Shown here piece after piece: positions 19,208 to 26,468 of a stretch of DNA of 64,000 bases. Made by a program: the position numbers and the translations under genes. Under the pieces are notes generated by a model. It was not told the DNA's origin. It ran no database searches and saw only the letters and a list, made by a program, of their open reading frames with translations. Each line of letters begins with the position of its first letter. Positions within the stretch are counted from its first letter, which is position 1. Origin of the DNA: an uncultured Neptunomonas sp. (GTDB taxonomy: Bacteria; Pseudomonadota; Gammaproteobacteria; Pseudomonadales; Balneatricaceae); contig CAXBEA010000007.1 of the NCBI GenBank assembly GCA_963974645.1, forward strand, positions 191 through 64,190, written 5' to 3'.

Positions 19208-22200
19208 ATGATGAACGAGGATCAACTGGAACAGCTCTGCCTGGAGTGGTTTGCCGACAACGGTTGGGAGATCGCCCACGGGCCGGATATTGCCCATGAC
19301 GGCCCGACGCCGGAACGCAAAGATTACCGTCAGGTGGTGTTGCAGGCTGATCTGGAAGCGGCGATCCGCCGCATCAACAACCATCTGCCTGACAGTGCGG
19401 TGGAACAGGCGCTGGCACAGGTGATCAAACCTGAAAGCCTCGATGTGGTGGTCAGCAACCGTTCTTTTCACCGCCTACTGCTCGAAGGGGTTCCTGTCGA
19501 ATACAAACGTGACGACAAGCAGATGCATGACCATGCACTGTTGATCGACTTCGATGTTGTCGATGCCAACCGTTTCCGAGCGATTAACCAAATCACCATC
19601 GAAGGCAGCAAACAACTGCGTCGCCCCGATGTGATCTGTTTTATTAACGGTCTACCCATCGCGGTGTTGGAGCTAAAGAGTCCCTCCGCCGAGAACGCCG
19701 ATATCTGGGATGCGTTCAACCAGATTCAGACCTACAAAGACGAAGTCAGCGACCTATTCGTCTTCAACGAAGCTTTGGTGGTCAGCGACGGTTACACCGC
19801 ACGTGTCGGCTCCCTGACCGCGAACCAGGAGCGTTTTATGCCTTGGCGCACCATCAAGAGCGAGGACGACAAACCGCTGCTAGAGTGGCAGTTAGAGACG
19901 TTGGTACGTGGCTTCTTCGACCGAGAGCTGCTGCTGGATTACATCCGCTACTTCGTGCTGTTCGAGACCGACTCCGCCAATCTGATCAAGAAGATCGCAG
20001 GCTACCATCAGTTCCACGCAGTACGTGAGGCGGTGCGTGCGACCCTTGTTGCCGCTGAGCATGTTGAGGGCGTCGCTGAGAAACGTGCGACCTACGCCGA
20101 CCGGGTAGCACCGGGCAGTAAGAAAGCCGGTGTGGTCTGGCATACTCAAGGTTCTGGCAAGAGTATCTCCATGTGTTGTTACGCCGGTAAGTTGCTACAG
20201 CAACCGCAGATGAACAACCCGACTCTGATCGTGGTGACGGACCGTAATGATCTTGACGGTCAGTTGTTCAAGACATTCACCGACGCCAAAGAGTTGTTGC
20301 GCCAGACGCCGGTGCAAGCCGATGACCGCGACAAGCTACGCCAGCTGCTGGCCGAGCGCGAGTCCGGCGGCATCATCTTCACCACGGTGCAGAAGTTTGC
20401 CGTGATGAACGAGGAGTCGGCCCATCCGATACTGAATGATCGCCATAATATCGTGGTGATCTCCGACGAGGCGCACCGTAGCCAATACGGACTGAAAGCC
20501 ACCCTGAAGCAGGACGGCAGCTACAAGTTCGGTTACGCCAAGCACATGCGCGATGCACTGCCCAACGCGGCCTTTATCGGCTTTACCGGTACACCCATCG
20601 CCAGTGAGGACAAGGACACCCGTGCGGTGTTTGGTGATTACGTCTCCATCTACGATATTCAGGATGCGGTAGAGGACGGTGCCACGGTGCCGATCTACTA
20701 CGAATCACGTCTCGCCAAGCTGGACCTTAACCATGCCGAGCTTGAGCAGTTGTCGGATCAGGTCGAAGAGGTGGTTGAAGACGAGGAAGATGTCAGCTCA
20801 CGCGAAAAGACCAAGGGCGAGTGGAGCCGGCTGGAAAAGCTGGTCGGTGCCGGGCCGCGCCTGAAGCAAGTAGCCGAGGACTTGGTAGCGCACTTCGAGA
20901 CCCGTACCGCCAGCATGGACGGCAAGGCGATGATCGTCGCCATGAGCCGCGATATCTGTGCGCAGTTGTACAACGAGATTGTCGCTATTCGACCCGATTG
21001 GCACGGTGCCCCATTAGGCGCAGCCGCTGACCCAGAGAAAGGCGCAATCAAGATTGTGATGACCGGTTCTGCATCGGACAAGCCGTTATTACAGCCACAC
21101 ATCTACAACAAACAAACCAAGAAGCGGATAGAGAAACGCTTCAAAGACCTGAACGATCCACTCAAGCTGGTGATCGTGCGCGACATGTGGCTAACAGGAT
21201 TCGACGCCCCATGCTGCCACACCCTGTACGTCGATAAGCCGATGAAGGGCCACAACCTGATGCAGGCGATCGCCCGTGTGAACCGGGTATTTAAGAACAA
21301 GCCAGGTGGGCTGGTTGTGGATTACATAGGTATCGCCAACGAGCTGAAGCAAGCACTGAAGACCTACACCGATTCCAAGGGCAAGGGTGCGCCGACCCAC
21401 AGTGCCGAAGAGGCGTTTTCCATCCTGCTGGAGAAGCTCGATATCATCCACGGCATGTTCGCCAAGGGACCCAAAAGCGACGGCTTTGACTACAGCGGGT
21501 TTGAAACTGAAGCCCACAAACTACTGGTACCTGCCGCTAACCACATCCTCGGCTTGGAAGACGGCAAGAAGCGTTTCCTCGATACCGTATTGGCGCTTAG
21601 CAAAGCGTATTCGCTATGCAGCACATTGGATGCTGCCCGTGAATACCACAAAGAGATCGCCTTCCTATCAGCAGTCAAAGCGGCCATCACCAAGCACACC
21701 AGCGTGGACCGCAAGCTGACCCAGGAGGATAAAAACTCCGCCCTCAAACAGATCCTCGACAATGCCATAATTGCCGAAGGGGTGGCCGATGTTTTCGCCC
21801 TCTGCGGTCTCGACAAGCCCAACATCGGTCTGCTGTCGGAAGAGTTCCTCGAAGACGTGCGCCAGATGCCCTACACAAATCTGGCGGTTGAGCTACTGGA
21901 GAAACTGCTCAAAGACGACATCCGCGCCAAGACCCGCAACAACCTGGTGCAGGAGAAGAAGTACGCCGAGCGCCTGCAAGAGACCCTGCGCAAGTACAAC
22001 AACCGAGGTATAGAAACCGCCCAGGTGATCGAAGAACTGATCGCCATGGCCAAGCAGTTCCAGGAAGAGATGGCTCGCGAGGCCGCATTGGGGCTCAACC
22101 CCGACGAGATCGCTTTCTACGATGCTCTGGCCAACAACGAAAGCGCCGTGCGCCAGCTGGGCGATGAGATCCTCAAAAAGATCGCCGTCGAGATCACCGA

Positions 22201-22378
22201 CAAGCTGCGCAAATCCACCACTGTGGACTGGCAGGTACGCGAGAGCGTGCGCGCCAAACTGCGTATCCTCGTGCGCCGAACGCTACAACGGTACAAGTAT
22301 CCGCCTGATCAGGCACCGGAAGCGGTGGAGCTGATATTGAAGCAGGCTGAGGTGCTGTCTTGTGGGTGGGCGGCTTGA
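19208..22378 (+). CDS. hsdR: Type I restriction endonuclease/translocase subunit HsdR
   Basis: 1056 aa with an HSDR_N-type nuclease N-terminus. Helicase motifs: HTQGSGKS, DEAH (VISDEAHRSQ), GFTGTPI, QAIARVNR. Confidence 0.95.
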   Translation: MMNEDQLEQLCLEWFADNGWEIAHGPDIAHDGPTPERKDYRQVVLQADLEAAIRRINNHLPDSAVEQALAQVIKPESLDVVVSNRSFHRLLLEGVPVEYKRDDKQMHDHALLIDFDVVDANRFRAINQITIEGSKQLRRPDVICFINGLPIAVLELKSPSAENADIWDAFNQIQTYKDEVSDLFVFNEALVVSDGYTARVGSLTANQERFMPWRTIKSEDDKPLLEWQLETLVRGFFDRELLLDYIRYFVLFETDSANLIKKIAGYHQFHAVREAVRATLVAAEHVEGVAEKRATYADRVAPGSKKAGVVWHTQGSGKSISMCCYAGKLLQQPQMNNPTLIVVTDRNDLDGQLFKTFTDAKELLRQTPVQADDRDKLRQLLAERESGGIIFTTVQKFAVMNEESAHPILNDRHNIVVISDEAHRSQYGLKATLKQDGSYKFGYAKHMRDALPNAAFIGFTGTPIASEDKDTRAVFGDYVSIYDIQDAVEDGATVPIYYESRLAKLDLNHAELEQLSDQVEEVVEDEEDVSSREKTKGEWSRLEKLVGAGPRLKQVAEDLVAHFETRTASMDGKAMIVAMSRDICAQLYNEIVAIRPDWHGAPLGAAADPEKGAIKIVMTGSASDKPLLQPHIYNKQTKKRIEKRFKDLNDPLKLVIVRDMWLTGFDAPCCHTLYVDKPMKGHNLMQAIARVNRVFKNKPGGLVVDYIGIANELKQALKTYTDSKGKGAPTHSAEEAFSILLEKLDIIHGMFAKGPKSDGFDYSGFETEAHKLLVPAANHILGLEDGKKRFLDTVLALSKAYSLCSTLDAAREYHKEIAFLSAVKAAITKHTSVDRKLTQEDKNSALKQILDNAIIAEGVADVFALCGLDKPNIGLLSEEFLEDVRQMPYTNLAVELLEKLLKDDIRAKTRNNLVQEKKYAERLQETLRKYNNRGIETAQVIEELIAMAKQFQEEMAREAALGLNPDEIAFYDALANNESAVRQLGDEILKKIAVEITDKLRKSTTVDWQVRESVRAKLRILVRRTLQRYKYPPDQAPEAVELILKQAEVLSCGWAA

Positions 22379-22715
22379 GTGATATCGAGAGAATTCGAGC
22401 CGCACTGCCAGAGGAAATCAAGGGGCGCGATCACGTGGTTCAGGAACGTCTGCTGAGTGTTCGGCGAACGTTTGCCCATCTCACGCGTGATATAGAGATT
22501 CTGGTAATATACTGGGATGTGCGCTTGCACCAAGATTTTTTGTCTTGCAGCATTAACGACAATTTCGCAGATTGAATAGCTCATACCGTAGTCTCAAACT
22601 TTACCAAAATATTAACGCAGCATTATTAAGAATCCGCCAGTGCGCTGCTTTACATGTTGAAGCTTGAGCGCACGGCTCTACAAGCTTGTATTTATTACAA
22701 TTAAGGTGAATTTAA

Positions 22716-24401
22716 GTGTCTAAAGATAACAAAACCGGAAAGACGGGATCATTCGTCTTTACGATGCACCGAGTGGGCAAAATCGTGCCGCCCAAACGCG
22801 AAATCCTCAAGGACATCTCCCTCTCCTTCTTTCCTGGCGCCAAGATCGGCGTCCTGGGCCTGAACGGCTCAGGAAAGTCGACGCTGCTAAAAATCATGGC
22901 TGGCGTGGACCAGGACTATCTTGGTGAAGCGCGTCCGCAGCCCGATCTAAATATTGGCTATCTGCAGCAAGAGCCGCAGATGGATGCGCATAAAACCGTA
23001 CGCGAAGTGGTCGAGGAAGCGGTATCCGAGGCAAAGAACGCCCTGACCCAGCTCGACGCTATTTACGCCGCCTACGCCGAACCCGATGCCGATTTCGATA
23101 AACTGGCGGCCGAGCAAGCCCGGCTAGAGAACATCATCCAATCCGTCGACGCCCATAACATCGAACGCCAGATGGAGGTCGCGGCAGATGCCCTGCGCCT
23201 ACCCTCCTGGGATGCCAAGGTTGAGCACCTGTCTGGCGGCGAACGTCGTCGCGTTGCGCTATGTCGGTTGCTGCTATCCAAGCCCGACATGCTCCTGCTC
23301 GACGAGCCAACCAACCACCTCGACGCCGAATCCGTCGCCTGGCTGGAGCGATTTTTGGTCGACTTCAACGGCACCGTGGTGGCTATCACCCACGACCGCT
23401 ACTTCCTCGACAACGCCGCCGGCTGGATTCTGGAACTGGACCGCGGCCACGGCATCCCCTACGAGGGCAACTACAGCGCCTGGCTGGAACAGAAAGACGC
23501 CCGTCTGGCAACCGAAGCCAAGCAGGAGGCCGCGCATCAAAAGACCATCAAGTCAGAGCTGGAGTGGGTTCGCCAGGGCTCCAAGGGGCGCCAGTCTAAG
23601 TCCAAAGCGCGCCTCAAGCAGTTCGAGGAGATGAGTTCGCAGAGCTTCCAGAAACGCAACGAAACCCAGGAGATCTATATTCCGCCAGGACCGCGTCTGG
23701 GCGAAAAGGTGATCGAGCTGCACAACGTGTGTAAGTCATTCGGCGATAAAATGCTGGTTGATAACCTGACCCTCACCATCCCACAGGGTGCCATCGTCGG
23801 CGTTATCGGCGGCAACGGTGCGGGCAAGTCGACCCTGTTCAAGATGATCAGCGGCACCGAGCAGCCCGACTCCGGCGAAGTCGTGATCGGTTCAACCGTG
23901 AAGCTGGCCCATGTTGACCAGATGCGCGAACTGGACGGCTCAAAAACTGTCTTCGACGAAATCTCGGACGGCCAGGACATCATCACCGTGGGCAACTACC
24001 AGGTCCCCGCACGCGCTTACGCAGGCCGGTTCAACTTTAAAGGCGGCGACCAACAAAAATTCGTCAAGGACCTGTCCGGCGGCGAACGCAACCGTCTCCA
24101 CCTGGCCAAACTGCTAAAAGAGGGCGGCAACGTACTGCTGCTCGACGAGCCGACCAACGACCTTGATGTTGAAACCCTGCGCGCCTTGGAAGAAGCCCTG
24201 CTGGCCTTCCCCGGCTGCGCCATAGTGATCTCGCACGACCGCTGGTTCCTGGATCGAATCTCAACCCACATCCTCGCCTACGAGAGTGACTCCAAGGCAG
24301 TATTCTTCGAAGGCAACTACAGCGAGTACGAAGCAGATCTCGTAGCCAGAATCGGCGACGCTACGCCACACAGAGTGAAATACAAGAAGATTGATGCTTA
24401 A
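22716..24401 (+). CDS. ettA: ABC-F translational throttle EttA
   Basis: FVFTMHRVGKIVPPKREILKDISLSFFPGAKIGVLGLNGSGKST closely resembles E. coli EttA. It has two ABC cassettes. GTG start preceded by AAGGTG. Confidence 0.93.
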   Translation: MSKDNKTGKTGSFVFTMHRVGKIVPPKREILKDISLSFFPGAKIGVLGLNGSGKSTLLKIMAGVDQDYLGEARPQPDLNIGYLQQEPQMDAHKTVREVVEEAVSEAKNALTQLDAIYAAYAEPDADFDKLAAEQARLENIIQSVDAHNIERQMEVAADALRLPSWDAKVEHLSGGERRRVALCRLLLSKPDMLLLDEPTNHLDAESVAWLERFLVDFNGTVVAITHDRYFLDNAAGWILELDRGHGIPYEGNYSAWLEQKDARLATEAKQEAAHQKTIKSELEWVRQGSKGRQSKSKARLKQFEEMSSQSFQKRNETQEIYIPPGPRLGEKVIELHNVCKSFGDKMLVDNLTLTIPQGAIVGVIGGNGAGKSTLFKMISGTEQPDSGEVVIGSTVKLAHVDQMRELDGSKTVFDEISDGQDIITVGNYQVPARAYAGRFNFKGGDQQKFVKDLSGGERNRLHLAKLLKEGGNVLLLDEPTNDLDVETLRALEEALLAFPGCAIVISHDRWFLDRISTHILAYESDSKAVFFEGNYSEYEADLVARIGDATPHRVKYKKIDA

Positions 24402-24419
24402 CAGCTCAGCCACACCCCC

Positions 24420-24446
24420 AGGGCGCTGATACAGCGCCCTTTTTTA
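24420..24446 (+). terminator. Rho-independent terminator of ettA
   Basis: AGGGCGCTG-ataC-AGCGCCCT stem followed by TTTTTT. Confidence 0.8.
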
Positions 24447-24523
24447 TGCCTGAAACACCTCTAACGATTAAAACCACTCCACAGACTGCTATACATTGAG
24501 TAACACTCTGATGAGTTAACTCC

Positions 24524-25768
24524 ATGGAAAACAGCCTTCCTCAACTGCTACTACTGGGCTCTGCGTTAGCGATCGGCCTACTGATCGGCGTCGAACGAGG
24601 CTGGAGCACCCGAGATCTTGCGGACGGAAGACGTATGGCGGGGCTACGCACCTTTGGCCTCACAGGGCTGCTCGGCGGTCTATCCGGGCTACTGGGAGAC
24701 CTAATCCTCGCCGTAGGCTTTGCCTCGGTGGCCGCTCTGGTTATCACCGCGTATTTTAGCAATCGCCGCAATCGATCAAACATCAGCGCCACAACCCATG
24801 TCGCCATGCTCACCACCTTTTTGCTCGGCGCCCTGGCTGGACTCGATCAGATCACTATTGCAGCGGCCTGCGCCGTCGTCACCACCCTACTGCTTCGCTC
24901 TAAGCACTTCCTGCACCAGCTGCTGCAAAACTTATCCCAGCACGAACTCAACGCAGGCCTGCAACTCTTGATCATCTCTGTAGTACTGCTGCCGGTCTTA
25001 CCGAATACCGGCTACGGCCCATGGCAAGCACTAAACCCCTACGAGATCTGGTGGATGGTTGTACTAATTGCGGCAATCTCTTTTGTCGGCTACTTTCTGA
25101 TCCGTGTTATGGGCTCCCGGCGTGGCATCCTAATAACTGGACTGGCAGGTGGATTGTTATCCTCAACCGCGCTAACCCTGCAACTATCCCGCCTGGCACA
25201 CGCTCAGCCAGCACTGCAACGCTTATGCGCGGTCGGCACACTTATGGCTTGCGGGGTGATGTTTCCTCGAATAATACTGATAGCAGGACTGATCAACCCT
25301 GCATTAACGAGCCAGTTATATCTCCCTATGGGCGCGATGGCAGGCGTAACCTTCTGTTGCGCAGCGCTTATTTTCCGCCGTGAAGGCAAGTCAAAAGAGA
25401 TCGCTCCGGCACCACCCAAGAACCCGCTAGAACTAACCCCTGCACTATTGTTTGGATTACTCTTAGCGACGGTTGCCTTGCTGGGCCGAGCAATGATGGA
25501 GTGGATGGGGGAGTCTGGCGTATTACTGCTAGCGATCGTTTCAGGCATCGCCGATGTCGACGCGATCAATCTGACCTTATCAAGAATGGCAGACACCGAG
25601 ATCTTACTAAACACGGCAGCTACTGGAATCATTCTCGCCAGTATTTCCAACACCCTGCTCAAAGGAGTGCTTGCCGTATTTGCCGGCGGCTTAGGCATGA
25701 TCCGTTGGGTCATGCTACCGCTGTTACTTGCTGGATCTACAGGAGTGCTGATCGCCTGGCTATACTGA
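24524..25768 (+). CDS. MgtC/SapB-family membrane protein with a DUF4010-like C-terminal half
   Basis: 414 aa, polytopic. The N-terminus LLLGSALAIGLLIGVERGW..GLRTFGLTGLLG is typical of the MgtC family. Confidence 0.7.
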   Translation: MENSLPQLLLLGSALAIGLLIGVERGWSTRDLADGRRMAGLRTFGLTGLLGGLSGLLGDLILAVGFASVAALVITAYFSNRRNRSNISATTHVAMLTTFLLGALAGLDQITIAAACAVVTTLLLRSKHFLHQLLQNLSQHELNAGLQLLIISVVLLPVLPNTGYGPWQALNPYEIWWMVVLIAAISFVGYFLIRVMGSRRGILITGLAGGLLSSTALTLQLSRLAHAQPALQRLCAVGTLMACGVMFPRIILIAGLINPALTSQLYLPMGAMAGVTFCCAALIFRREGKSKEIAPAPPKNPLELTPALLFGLLLATVALLGRAMMEWMGESGVLLLAIVSGIADVDAINLTLSRMADTEILLNTAATGIILASISNTLLKGVLAVFAGGLGMIRWVMLPLLLAGSTGVLIAWLY

Positions 25769-25823
25769 TCAATGGCTTTACTATCAAAATACCTAGCCAG
25801 CAACCAACTCTTCAGGCAAAGAG

Positions 25824-26012
25824 CTACTCGACCTCCTCTGAACTCCGCATCCGCTCTTGACGCGCCTGCTGCTCCATAAAGGCGGCTTTAAGCTCTTCCA
25901 ACACCGAATCAACGTCTGCGGTATGCAAATCCTCTTCAAAATAACCCGTCAGCTCGGCATCGGGGTGCAGACCACCGTTTTCGTAGAGCTCCCAGAGCTC
26001 TTTTGCATACTG
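25824..26012 (-). pseudogene. 3' fragment of a RIO-type kinase gene, a diverged duplicate of the end of the gene at 29370..30227
   Basis: It encodes YAKELWELYENGGLHPDAELTGYFEEDLHTADVDSVLEELKAAFMEQQARQERMRSSEEVE. The intact gene has YAKEIWELYESGDLHPDVELTGYFEEDLHTADVDSVLEEIKAAFMEEQARQERIRSAEEVE. Homology stops abruptly at about 26012. Confidence 0.85.
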
Positions 26013-26468
26013 AATTAATACAATTGATGGTGCAATTGATGGGGACAGATTTATTAAATTGCTAATCCGGTCGGCAACAAAGGCGTCTGCCCCTGAGATT
26101 AGCTCGCTCATCTTGGCACCCCAACGTTGAAGCGGCGACTCCTCGCCCAGCGGGCAAGGATCATCCAGCAGATCGATATAACAGGCCAGACTTGCCCATT
26201 CGTAGTCGTCTTCGATCGAGTCAACCTGACGACCTAACGAAACCCCACTAGATGATTACGTGCATCCGGAGAGACCACGCCCGATGCTGCCCCGTCGACC
26301 AAAGTTCGGGCAGGTGCCCGTTCAACCTGATCGACGGGAGCGCGCTTCGATCTGATCCAGATGGTGGCCAGCCTGCTGCGGGGGCTTATCAGCGACCATA
26401 CCGCAATCTAATGCAGGTTGTCCGACGGCGAGGCCCCACCCAACGGGTACGGGTGACCCCTGCCTTTG

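Noticed and set aside
22309-22584. 91-aa minus-strand ORF and 71-aa plus-strand ORF (22360-22575) just after hsdR
   Set aside because: They overlap each other and the hsdR 3' end. Neither has a convincing RBS (the plus-strand ORF has a TTG start) or a recognisable motif. I left them unannotated and flagged the region as the islet edge instead.
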